Shown here piece after piece: positions 1-10,491 of a stretch of 64,000 bases of DNA (positions within the stretch are counted from its first letter, which is position 1; each line of letters starts with the position of its first letter). Source of the DNA: Macrostomum lignano (taxonomy: Eukaryota). The stretch is from positions 310,001-374,000 of the forward strand of contig NIVC01000257.1 in NCBI GenBank assembly GCA_002269645.1, written 5' to 3'. The notes under the pieces are model-generated. The model was not told the DNA's origin, made no database searches, and saw only the letters and a list, made by a program, of their open reading frames with translations. The position numbers and the translations under genes are program-made.

Positions 1-287
1 CGGGAGTTCAAAAGTCAAATGAAGGTTAAAGTTAAAGTTAAATGAAGGCACGCACTCATACACACGCTCACACGGTGTCTAATCATCAGGAATGCACTCT
101 CTCTGTGCCTTCATGGGTGTACGAATCGCATGAAACTTATATCCGATTATCCGATTTCAAAAGTGCAGCCAATATTTCATTTTTACATCAAATATGGGTG
201 GGGATACCAATTAATTGTGATATTTATAATTAAAAGTTGGCGTAAACGTGCAATTTAAAGTTTTATGAAATAAAGTAATTAGTCAGG

Positions 288-3200
288 TCAGTTCAATTCA
301 GTCACTGTGGTTGATGCCGCATCTTGCGATGCCGCTTCTGCAGCCTCCGCAGCTTCCGCCGCTTCCGCCTCGGCCTCGGCCTCGGCGACTTCCGCTTCCA
401 ACTTGCGCTCTCGTTCGTCGCCTGTCTCTGGCTGGATGACCGTCTCCAGAATCACCAGCAGCAGCATTAGCAACAGGATGTAGGCCAGTGACAGAATGCC
501 GCCCAGGTGAAACCAGGTGATGCAGCTGCCTTCGATTAGTTCGTCCTCTGCAATTCGCATCCGAGTTACTGTTGAGGACTCAAAATACCTTGGGATTCAG
601 GGAATCGGTGAGGGAATTAGGTAGAGTTGGGGAATTCAGAAGGGAGTTAGGGAGAGTTGGGGAAGTTGGGGAGGGAATTTGGGAGAGTACCATGGGGAAT
701 CGGGGAGGGAATTTGTGAGAGTTGGGTGGGAAATCGAGACGGTATTTGGGAGAGTTGCACGGGGAATCGATGTAGGAATTAGGGAGAGTTGGGAAATTGG
801 GGAGGGAATTCGGGAGGGATGGGGAATCGGGGAGGGTATTCGGGAGCGTAGGATAGGGAATCGAAAATGGAATTTGGGAGAGTTGCATGGGGAATCGGGG
901 AGGGAATTTGGGAGAGTTGCATGGGGAATCGGAAAGGGAATTTGGGAGAGTTGGATAGGGCGCGCGCGAAGGCGTATTCAGCATGCCAGTGAAGTATGAG
1001 ACAGACCAGGCCTTTGGGCTAAGGTCTGCGATGCTTCACGCCTGCCCCTATTTTCAGCAGGTCAAGGCTGGTGGGAGGTCTGCACCCTCTATTTGCCTCT
1101 GGCAGCCGCAGACCCCCCCCACGCTGTCTCGCAAGTCGACCCAGGGTACTCGTCCCCGCGTGTGTTCAAGGCAGACCCTAGGGCTGCTGGACAGACTGGG
1201 CTCCGGCGCTGGGACCCATCCAGTGGCTTTTGCCAAACTTGGGTATGCGGGTCTGGCTGCCAGTCCGCAGGCCGTGGTACTGCTCAACGTACCCTCTAAT
1301 GCCTAAGGTGTTCGACCGTGCCGATGGGCTGGAAGGCCGGGGAGTAGTCCGGTCGCAAGCGGTCCCCTCCTGGTGTTGGGCCAGCCTTGAGGGTTCTTTT
1401 GGCCTACTGCCCGGTCAGGTGGAGCGGCCGGGTGGGTACCGCGCCCCTTCGAGGGTAGCCCACCAACCTTTATCATGGCCTTCGAGCCGACTATGCATAA
1501 AAACCTTATTTCTAAGGACAGGGACCCTTCTAAACCCCAACCTCTGTCCGAAGGACCGGCCGGCCCTGCTGGCAGATCCCAACCGACTGATTCATCTGTG
1601 GCAAAGGAAGGACCGGCTGGCTCTGCAGGCAGATCCGACCATCTGCTGGTGGATCTAAGGGAACCGCGAGCTCTGAGCCCAAAGGACCGGCCAAATCTGG
1701 CAGATCCGACGAAGCTCAGCGGGCTCGGCTTGAGCGCAAACGCGCTAAGCAACGTGCCAAAAGGCAGGCCAAGAAGGGAGCTGCGGGGGCCAAAGCGGCG
1801 GCGTCCACCATGGATGCTGAAGCGACTGGCGTCCCAAGGCAACCAGACGGGCCGGCCGGTGGAAGCCCCAGTAGTTCAGCGGCGGTGCTCCCTGGAGATG
1901 CTGCTGCGGCTGCTGAGGCCGAAACCACGGCGCAACAAATGGCCACTGCCAACAAGGAGGTTCCTTCGGGAGCTAAGGCCAAGGCCAAAATCCCGGGAGT
2001 GATCATTCAAGGTCGCGACCAGGACTGGACCACTGGTCAGCTTAAAAAATTGTGGAGTGCTGTTGACTCCTATCTGATTGAGCTGACTGTCGAGGAGGGA
2101 ATCTCCATCGGCATTGAGCGGATGGTGCTGCGAAGCACATTCGTTCTTATTGCTCCCAGCAGTGAGGAGGACGCTCAGCAGCTGCTCCAGCGGCTTCTGA
2201 CGGTCTCCTTGGATGCTGACCTTTTTCTTCGCTAAGGCCAGCGTCTAAAGACAATACCCTATGTGGTTTTTGTCCCTGCTAAGAGCACCGCAGCTGGACC
2301 AGACGTTATCCGCCGGGTCCTACTGCGTCTGAACCCCGACCTCCCTGCTAGTGGACTGGTGTATCACCGCCGAGTCCGCAGGGGGGAGACGGGCAACTCA
2401 ATTGTCCTCGGCCTTTCCAGCACTTGGGCGAGTCGGTACCCTAATGGATCCTCTTTCCAGCTGGGTGCCCTCAAGCTCAAGATGCGCCGAGGAAAGTCTG
2501 TCAAAGGGAAGGCTTCTGCCAACCCCGGCATCTCCGGCAAGAGCGGGGCTCAGTCTAAGGCCCAAGGAAAGGCGCAAGCCGATCCCAAAGCCGAAGCTGC
2601 ATCTCGCCCCTCTGCTAGCAGCAGTTGGGCCACCGCGGTAACGGCTCCGGCCAAGCCCCGGGAACCAAATCTGCCAGTCGGAGAAGGAGTTGAGGACGAG
2701 GCCGGGTCTTCGGAATCCGAGCTCTCCTCGGCCACCCTTGTGGGGTCTGAAGGTAAAGATGCAGATGAGGAAGCTTCCTCCATCCTGTCGTCGGAGCCTG
2801 AGGACTCTGCTGGGGGGGGGGGGGGGTGGGGGTGAGGAGGCCATGGACATTGACCAACTCCCATCTCCCAGTCAAGCCCCAACGGCCTGGGACGAGGACG
2901 ATTTGCTGTCCAAGTCTCCTTGATGGCCCGGGCTCTAGCCAGACAATTGCATTTAATTTGCATTTAATTTATGACTAAGCTCCACGCTGCCAAAGGAGCG
3001 ACATTCTGTCTGCAAATAAATCTACAGCATTGCGTATCTGCGTCAGTAAATCTGATGAAGATTGCTGAGCTGTACAGGCCAGGTCTCATCCTGATCCAGG
3101 AACCCTGGATGCGCAACGGTGAGTTGCCCAACATTCCCTCTGGCTACTCTGACTTTTATGTGTGGCCCGGGGAACAACCGCCCTAGAGCGGCTATCCTCG

Positions 3201-6200
3201 CTGCCAGCCATCTCCAGGCTTGGCTGAGGACTGATCTCTCTGATGGAGACCTTTGTGTCATCCAATCTAATCATCTCTCTCCGCGTACGTGTCTCATTGC
3301 CTCGATTTACATCCCAGGCGACAGAGACCCTGCTCCCGAGAGTACTGCGAGTCCCAGAACGCTGAGCTGTGTTTAGGGGGCGACCTCAACGCACACCATA
3401 AGCACTGGGGCAGCAAAGACACCAATACTAGAGGGGAGGAGCTTCTAACCCTTATCTCTAACACAAACCTCATGCTCTGCAACCGCGGTAGCACTCCTAC
3501 CTTCAACAATGTGTAGTGATCCGCTAGTTGGTGTTAGGCGTCCCACTCTGTCAGCAGTCTCTCTCGCCCTTGCCCTGGGTTGCTGTCTGCCGCTGGTCAG
3601 CTTCCCGCCCCCTTGGCCCGTCTGTTGCTGCCCTTGGCCTGTTCTGCCCTTCGGCGTCTCTGTTCTCAGCCCTCAGCTTCTCTGCTGTGGGCTGTCTCTG
3701 TTTCGTTCCCGTCCCGTTTTCCTCTGTCATGTGAGCAAGTCATATGACAGACTCTGCGTTCTTCGAGTCCTAAAGTGCAGTAAACATGTTTACTGCACTC
3801 GTTGGCCCTGTTTACCGGGAGAATCACGTGCTTTCGGACCCCTCCCTTCTCTAAGGAGAGGAGTGACTCATGTTGCTAAAAATAGCAACTGAGTCACAGC
3901 CGCGTGTACTCTGGCCGGAGACCTCAAGTGACGTCAGTTCTAAAAATAGAACGAGTCACGAGGTCTTGCGCGCACTGAGACCCTGCCTCGAGATCTCAAG
4001 TGACGTCAGTTCTAAAAATAGAACAAGTCACGAGGTCTTGTGCGTGGGTGTTTCCCGGCTATAAATAGGACCCCTCTCCCCTTGTTTCCGTCAAGGTTTT
4101 GGCTTCTTATCTGCGGAGAATTCACTAAGAACCCGTGTGCGTCAGTGTCTAACTAAGTGCCCTTTGCGTACTGAATCCGTTTGTACTGGTCTGACTGAGA
4201 CCCCACTAAAGCCCAAGCCTAAGGGAGGCTAACACTGCCTTCCCAGTCACCCCTGAGCCCGGCGGGGATCTGCTGATCAGGACGCCTTGTTCATTAATCT
4301 GCAAATCTGCACGCTGTGCTGAGTTCGTTGACTTGTTTATTTCGTTCCGACGGGAAGCTCACCTCATCGAAGGCCGAGACCTGAAGGAACTGGTGGCAGC
4401 ACTACCTACGCTACTGAGAGAGTTAAGAAGGCTTCCGAGTGAGAAGACGGAGAGCCCAAGTCACTGCGCTGTACAGCAGGACAACCACAGGTACAACACT
4501 GGTGGCAGCGGTAGGATTCAAAGACCTACCAGGCCACCCCGAGAAAAACCATTCTATTTCACTGGTGGCAGCGGTGGGATTCAAAGACCTACCAGGCCAC
4601 CCCGAGAAAACCCCATCTATTTCAAATGGCAGATGGACTGAGGTCCTCGACGCCACACTCGTTACCCCAAGACTCTTTGACAGAGTTGAGGAGTGGAGAG
4701 TCGGGTCTGAGGAGCCCTCCCTGTCTGACCACTGCTTTATCGCCTTTAACATCGCGAACACTAAACCCCAGTACTCGATTACTTGGAGGCGTAACATCCG
4801 CAACACTGATTGGGCGGCCTATAAGGCTACCCTTGATCTGCACCTGCAGGAACTCACAGACTTACGTCCGATTGAGACCTGCGAGGATGTGGACCATGCG
4901 GCTGAGACGCTGACAGGTTGCATTATTGCAGCCTATGAGGCGGCCTGCCCTGTCCGTGCCTACAAAGGCAAGACCTCGGCGCCGTGGTGGAACCCGGAGC
5001 TGGGGAAACTCAGGCGGAAGGCCAAAAGCCTTCACCGCCGTGCCATGAAGACCGGAAACCCGGAGGACATGGAGCTTTTCCGACAAGCCTCCCGCAACTT
5101 CAAATCTGAAGTGCGCAAGGCCAAGGAATGTAAATGGCGCCAATTCTGCAATGAGTTGGATCAAGACAGACCTACTTCTAGGCTTTTCAAGGCCCTTACA
5201 ATGGACAAAATGTCCAAATTAGCCATGATCAGAAAAGATGATGGCTCTCTTACTAAAGACCCTGAAGAATTGCTTCAGCATATGCTCAGCACATTCTTCC
5301 CGAGGATACCCACTGCTGGATCGGAACCCAACCATTCAATGGATGGAGCTACCCTAGCGGCGGGCATTATCACTGAAGACTTAATCGCTCGTGCGGTCAG
5401 AACCTTCAAGCCCTTCAAATCTCCTGGACCTGATAGTATCTACACTGTTCTCCTTCGTGAAGCAGCCAAGATACCCCCGTTCTTGAGACTTACCCGCAAT
5501 CTCATGCGGGCCTCTATCCAGCTGGGATACGTTCCCAAGTGCTGGACCGAAGCTCGGGTAGTCTTTATTCCCAAACCTGGGAAGGGTGACTACCAGAGCG
5601 TCAAGGCCTTTAGGCCAATTAGCTTAACGTCAGCAATGCTTAAGCTCACTGAGAGGCTTATTCTCTGGCGGCTGCTTTCTTGCGAGCTGACAGCAATGCC
5701 TCTCAGCAATCATCAGCACGCCTTCCGTACCGGGAGGTCGACTGACAGCGCCCTGCATGCGATAGTCGAGAAGATTGAACGGGCGGTACTGGGTGACGGT
5801 TACGCCCTGGCTCTCTATCTCGACATTGTTGGCGCCTTCGACAACGTTATCTTTGAAGCGTTTCAAAATCGCAAAGCTCACGCTACCCTCATACGGTGGA
5901 TCATGTACATGATCTCTAACCGTACGGTCACTGCCCAACTTCTTGGGCAAACTGCCTCCGCCAGAGTCTGTAAGGGTGGACCCCAAGGCGGAGTCCTCAC
6001 CCCGACGCTCTGGAACCTGGTCATGGACGCTCTTCTGGGCGACTCCCGACCTGATCCCGTCTTCAAAGTCGGGTATGCTGACGACGTCACTGCCATTGTG
6101 GCTGGGCCGTCCTCCAGCACGTTCAGGGATCTGATGCAGAGTTTTATTCGCAAAGCAGAATCCTGGGCCAATGACAACGGTCTGGAACTCTGAGCCCAAA

Positions 6201-8046
6201 ACTGTTGCCATTATGTTCACCAGCAGAATACGCTGGAACATACGACCTCTGCAGCTTTACGGCGGAGATATTGCCTTCGCGCACCAGACCAGATGTCTAG
6301 GGGTCATACTTGACCACCGGCTCAACTGGCCCTTCCACGTGAAAGCAAAAGCCAAGCGTGCCTCAGCCATCCTGGCCCAGCTCCGACGAGCACTTGGCAC
6401 CTTTTGGGGTCTTTCCCCAAAGCGGCTTTGGTGGATCTACACTTCCGTAGTTAGACCTGCCATTACGTACGCCTCTGTTGTCTGGGTTAGCGCTACCCAG
6501 GTCAAAAGCCATGCAGATTTTCTCAACACGATCCAGGGCAGAGCGTGTAGGCTTATCTGCAACGCCACCAGGTCCACACCCTTTGCCGGCATGGGGGCCT
6601 TCCTTAATCTACCGCCTCTCGACCTCTTCGTCAGGGGTGAGGCAGCTAGAACGACGCGGCGTTTACTTGATGCCGGTGTCAAATTCCTTTACATGAGGGC
6701 ACCTGCTAAGCGGAACCTCGTCCCGCATAGCGACCTGTGCCTCAACTTTCTCAACGAGTGTCAGGCCAATCGCGTCTTCACCAATGGCATTGCCTCAAAG
6801 CTCAACCTGAGACAACGCTACCCCGTAGCTATCGACTCGCGCGATACCCTCAATGACCACTGGAACCCTGGTGAGCTTCATTGCTACACCGATGGTTCTA
6901 AGCAGTCAGCCAACACCGGTTTTGGTGCTGGAATCTTCCTGAACGGGAGGGTCATCGCAACCCACGCTCAGTACACTGGGGTCAACTGCAGTGTCTTCCA
7001 AAATGAAGTTCTCGCCATCAGCTCCTGCATCGCAGAGCTCCTCGCCACTGGCGTTACCGGTAAGAACATCATTTTCCATTCGGACAGCCAAGCTGCCTTG
7101 CACGCCATCAGTGGCTGCAGCACCAATTCTGCTACAGTCCTCGACTGTATCAAACTCCTCAACATGTTGGGCTCCACCAACAAAATCACCCTCAAGTGGG
7201 TTCCGGGGCATGTGGGGATCCGAGGAAATGAGTTGGCTGACGCCCTTGCGAAAGTTGGCGTTTCCGGCTCCTCTCTCGGTCCCGAACCCCTTGTCCCGAT
7301 TCCTGGCTGTGTCATCGACTCGCGCATCAAAGCGTGGATCAGGACCCAGCACCGCTCGACTTGGGCGAACTGCACTACCTGCAGGCAATCCAGAGGCGCT
7401 GTCCCTCAGCCCTCTCACCAGCTCCGGAAGCTCCTCTTGCGCCTCTCGCGCAGAGATATCCGGGCTGCCACCATGACCCTTTCTGGTCACGGCTGCTTCT
7501 CTAGGCACCAGTACCTGCAGGGCAACGCCACCAACGCCATCTGCAGTTTCTGTAACTCAGGTGACGAAACCGCTGAACATTTCGTCAGCATCTGTCCCGC
7601 CTTCACGCGGGCCAGACTCACTTACCTCGGGCCACACACATCTATTACTGAAGCGTGCAAACCCGAAAACTTAAACCAGCTCATGCGCTACCTCCGGGCC
7701 ACCCACAGGGCTGAACTCTCCTTTCCAGAGAGCACCATAGCTGCTGGCGACACTGGGGGACCTTCCTGGGCGGCGCCAACCCTTCGTCCATAGCGACGCG
7801 TCGGCCGTTCAGGGATTAGCGGAATGGGCGTTCGCGCCTTCCCGCTGTGTCCCCCCGGGACAGCCCTGCAGCTAAGTAAGTAAGTAAGTTGGATAGGGCA
7901 TCGGGGAGGGAATTCGGGAGAGTTGCACGGGGAATCGGGGAGGGAATTAGTGAGAGTTGGGGGAATCGCAGATATGATTGCTTACCGCATTCGAATATGG
8001 ATTTAATCTCGGGCAGAGCGGTGGTGCCCAGAGTCGAATAATTCAT
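288..8046 (-). CDS. Putative two-exon orphan single-pass membrane protein, 113 aa (exons 8046-7986 and 568-288); 7.4-kb intron hosts the LINE and LTR
   Basis: Exon 1 encodes MNYSTLGTTALPEIKSIFEC plus one G, followed by a GTAAG donor at 7985-7981. The acceptor ctcaacAG is at 570-569. G+TA gives Val, in frame with TRMRIAEDELIEG. A hydrophobic stretch FHLGGILSLAYILLLMLLLVIL is followed by an Ala/Glu-rich tail, with the stop at 288. No family recognised; further upstream exons cannot be excluded. Confidence 0.55.
589..961. repeat. Degenerate purine-rich minisatellite (gggagagttg/gggaatc units), left part; resumes at 7887-7970 after the LINE
   Basis: The same motif flanks both sides of the LINE. 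ORFs 580..984 and 679..999 are translations of this repeat. Confidence 0.8.
1475..2835 (+). pseudogene. LINE ORF1 remnant
   Basis: ORFs 1810..2235 and 2263..2835 are in the same frame, separated by a premature TAA at 2233-2235. ORF 1475..2002 is probably the frameshifted N-terminus. The position directly before the APE domain is typical of ORF1. Confidence 0.65.
2971..3511 (+). pseudogene. LINE ORF2, N-terminal part of the apurinic-like endonuclease (two frameshifts, then interrupted by the LTR)
   Basis: Motifs LQINLQHC, LIQEPW, PRAAIL, ASIYIP, GGDLNAHHKHWGS and CNRGSTPTF are spread over three frames (2971..3186, 3119..3376, 3289..3516). Confidence 0.88.
3863..4067 (+). promoter_or_regulatory. 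LTR U3 enhancer/promoter: 72-bp direct repeats with TGACGTCA sites, AP-1-like TGA(C/G)TCA sites and a TATA box
   Basis: TGACGTCA at 3929-3936 and 4001-4008 (72-bp period). tgactca and tgagtca near 3864 and 3890. TATAAATA at 4060-4067. Confidence 0.6.
4499..4624 (+). repeat. Two tandem 63-bp units, each C + tRNA-Leu-complementary PBS + hairpin + ...ATTTCA
   Basis: TGGTGGCAGCGGTAGGAT at 4500-4517 and TGGTGGCAGCGGTGGGAT at 4563-4580. The second is the reverse complement of the common tRNA-Leu 3' end ATCCCACCGCTGCCACCA. Confidence 0.85.
4629..7793 (+). pseudogene. LINE ORF2: end of endonuclease, reverse transcriptase, RNase H and C-terminal CCHC finger (frameshift near 6190)
   Basis: Endonuclease end SDHCFI. 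RT motifs KSPGPDSI, FRPISLTS, QHAFRTGRST, YLDIVGAFD, GPQGGVLTPTLWN and YADD. RNase H motifs YTDGSK, FQNEVLAI, SDSQAAL and WVPGHVGIRGNELADALAK. Zinc finger CSFC...HFVSIC. Confidence 0.93.
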
Positions 8047-8448
8047 AGTGGATATATGAATTCAGCATAAATATGAAAACAATTGCAATTGTTGGTATTT
8101 GCTACAGAATTTGCATTTTCAAACAACTTTCGAAGCCACGAAGCGTTCTGTTGTAGGCATATTTTTTAACTCAATTGCTCGAAATGAATTTAACCTTGGT
8201 AAGGTGATAAGATTTGAGCAGGTACAGGCAGAGAGTACTTAGCCCAGCTGATAGAGAGCTGGGTGTTGGGCATGCTCATGCAGTGAGCATTTACAGACTG
8301 CTGGTTGGCAAATCTGCTCTGTTCTTGGCGAGTTTTTGACTCAACATTGCCACTAGACTGATTATAAAACTTATCGAACGTCCGTATGGTACATGCTGCT
8401 GCTTTGCTGTCACACCGGATATGCTAGGTTGAAACTGAAGCTAACAAT

Positions 8449-8970
8449 CAGCACCACACGGATACCACACCAGCACCACACGGATACCACACCAGCAACA
8501 CACGGATACCACACCAGCACCACACGGATACCACACCAGCACCACACGGATACCACACCAGCACCACGGATACCACACTAGCACCACACGGATACCACAC
8601 CAGCACCACACGGATACCACACCAGCACAACACGGATACCACACCAGCACCACGGATACCACACCAGCACCACACGGATACCACACCAGTACCACACGGA
8701 TACCACACCAGCACCACACGGATACCACACCAGCACAACACGGATACCACACCAGCACCACGGATACCACACCAGCACCACGGATACCACACCAGCACCA
8801 CGGATACCACACCAGCACCACACGGATACCACACCAGTACCACACGGATACCACACCAGCACCACACGGATACCACACCAGCACAACACGGATACCACAC
8901 CAGCACCACGGATACCACACCAGCACCACGGATACCACACCAATACCACACAAATACCACAAAAATACCA
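8449..8970. repeat. Minisatellite, ~20-22 bp unit (caccacacggataccacaccag)
   Basis: Direct inspection; source of ORFs 8441..9088, 8448..9185 and 8578..9027. Confidence 0.95.
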
Positions 8971-9020
8971 CACATGCAAAACTGTGCTCTGTGCACAGGC
9001 CCCAAATGCATGTGGCCGGC

Positions 9021-9095
9021 CGCGCACGCGGAATCGAACCTGGGCTCGCGGCGCGAGAGACAGACACTGTTAGCTCTGGAGCTGCCACTGCGGCA
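9021..9095 (-). pseudogene. Degenerate tRNA-derived sequence (Glu-like) or SINE head
   Basis: The minus strand reads GCCGCAGTGGCAGCTCCAGAGCTAACAG...CTCTCGCGCCGCGAGCCCAGGTTCGATTCCGCG. It has a perfect B-box GGTTCGATTCC at 9040-9030, but a weak A-box and broken stems. Confidence 0.5.
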
Positions 9096-10201
9096 CCCTT
9101 TTGTGAAAAATAAACTTTCGAATGTTAAAACTAAGCACACCGGCTGTTTTGATAGGCAAAAGTGATTATAAACACTTGTTTTCATTTATTATTACTTGAA
9201 AATTATTGTAATTTTATTTGTCAAAATAATAAAAAGTTAAACATATTCGATATGAAAACTTGCGATCAGAATTAAAACTAGCAAATTTGCCGGACACAAT
9301 AACACGGTATAGATAAGGCAGGACAACTGCCACAGGGTGGCTAAGGTATCATCAGTCACTACTTATCACAGATACTAGAATAACTAGATCGGCCAATCAG
9401 CACATTTGCGTGTAAGCTACTTTCAGCTCAGTAGTAAGTTAAACAGAAGCATTTTATTGTATTTTTAAAGCCAAGGCTCATTTATTGCTTTTAACCCTCA
9501 GCTTAAAGCCTCCAACCGCGCCTTTCCACACCATCCCCCGCCCCAATTTTTATTGCTTTTCATGGAATTCCAGCCTAAAGCTGCCATGTACATTTTAGTG
9601 GACTGGCTAATGTACATTGTTTATGCCTGCAAGCTTGGGCTTCTAAACTTATGAAAGTCATTTCAGCTGCCTTTTTTTTATAAAGCTTATGTATTCTCCT
9701 TTGCTACTGAACTGAAAGTAGAAAGCTGTTTTGCTAAGTATATACTTCGTATGCATTTAAGTACTTTGACGAATAAGCGCAAGCTAATGAGAGTCAGCTG
9801 ACTAGTTAAGCTGATGATAGCAAATTCTGAAATGAAACTTTACCTTTGATATCATTGATGTAGTCGCTATTTTATTATTTCTAAAACAAAAGAGACTTGT
9901 GAAAAGAAATTTTCAGACAGAGTAATAGGAGATTTATAACAAATAGCAAATAGCAAACAAACAGTAAAATAAGTTATAGTGAGTAGAATATTTTCAAACT
10001 CATTTTTATAAACCCAAGCTCGCTCAGCAGTTCATTTCAGGGACGGACAACATATCTTTGAAGCAAATTTACAAAATTGCATTGTTTTACCAGCAACTCG
10101 AGTTCATTTTCTTATATGGTAGGGCAAAAAATTTGAGAAATGGTGTTTGACAAATGGTGTTTGACAATGGTGTTTGACAAATGGTGTGTCAAAAAATCTA
10201 A

Positions 10202-10462
10202 TACAACACTCTCAGCCAATCAAAGCCAATCCAATACAATACTCTCAGCCAATCAGAGCCAATCCAATACAACACTATCAGCCAATTAGAGCCAATCCAA
10301 TACAACACTGTCAGCCAATCAGAGCCAATCCAATACAATACTCTCAGCCAATCAGAGCCAATCCAATACAATACTCTCAGCCAATCAGAGCCAATTCAAT
10401 ACAATACTCTTAGCCAATCAGAGCCTATCCAATACAATAGTCTCAGCCAATCAGAGCCAATC
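10202..10462. repeat. Minisatellite, ~33 bp unit (ctctcagccaatcagagccaatccaatacaata), directly downstream of the NEK4 stop
   Basis: Direct inspection; CCAAT-rich. Confidence 0.9.
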
Positions 10463-10491
10463 TGTCACTGATCGAGCGCAGACCCCCAATC

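Larger units (their letters stand above)
3512..4624 (+). mobile_element. Solo LTR (1113 bp, TG...CA), probably Ty3/Gypsy-type, inserted in the LINE endonuclease
   Basis: Begins TGTAGTGATCC and ends ATTTCA, with a 4-bp TSD aatg at 3508-3511 and 4625-4628. Removing the LTR and one TSD copy restores the frame PTFNN-GRWTEVLDATL. It has an internal TATAAATA at 4060-4067, U3 direct repeats and PBS-bearing 63-bp repeats. Confidence 0.88.
962..7886 (+). mobile_element. Full-length non-LTR retrotransposon (APE-RT-RNase H-CCHC; I-group, R1/LOA/Tad1-like), inactivated
   Basis: 13-bp target-site duplication agttggatagggc at 949-961 and 7887-7899. 3' (TAAG)n tail at 7873-7888. ORF1 remnant plus an ORF2 with endonuclease, RT, RNase H and zinc-finger motifs. 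Confidence 0.93.

Noticed and set aside
3918-4045. 72-bp enhancer repeat period equal to that of the SV40 enhancer
   Set aside because: No sequence resemblance that I can see; the length match is coincidental.
4499-4624. 63-bp direct repeats with a hairpin, and the many other arrays, as possible CRISPR arrays
   Set aside because: There are no unique spacers and no cas genes, and the context is eukaryotic. The 63-bp units are explained by PBS duplication within an LTR.
4439-6193. 584-aa ORF as an intact stand-alone reverse transcriptase gene
   Set aside because: The first ~63 codons come from the LTR and the start is GTG. The ORF is a fragment of a frameshifted LINE ORF2.
9021-9095. Functional tRNA-Glu gene
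   Set aside because: The D-arm, anticodon stem and T-stem do not pair properly, and the A-box is degenerate. Kept only as a pseudogene or SINE head.
9690-9735. Short similarity (ctactgaactgaaagtag...ctgtttt) with 53065-53110
   Set aside because: Too short to define an element; probably a fragment of a dispersed repeat.
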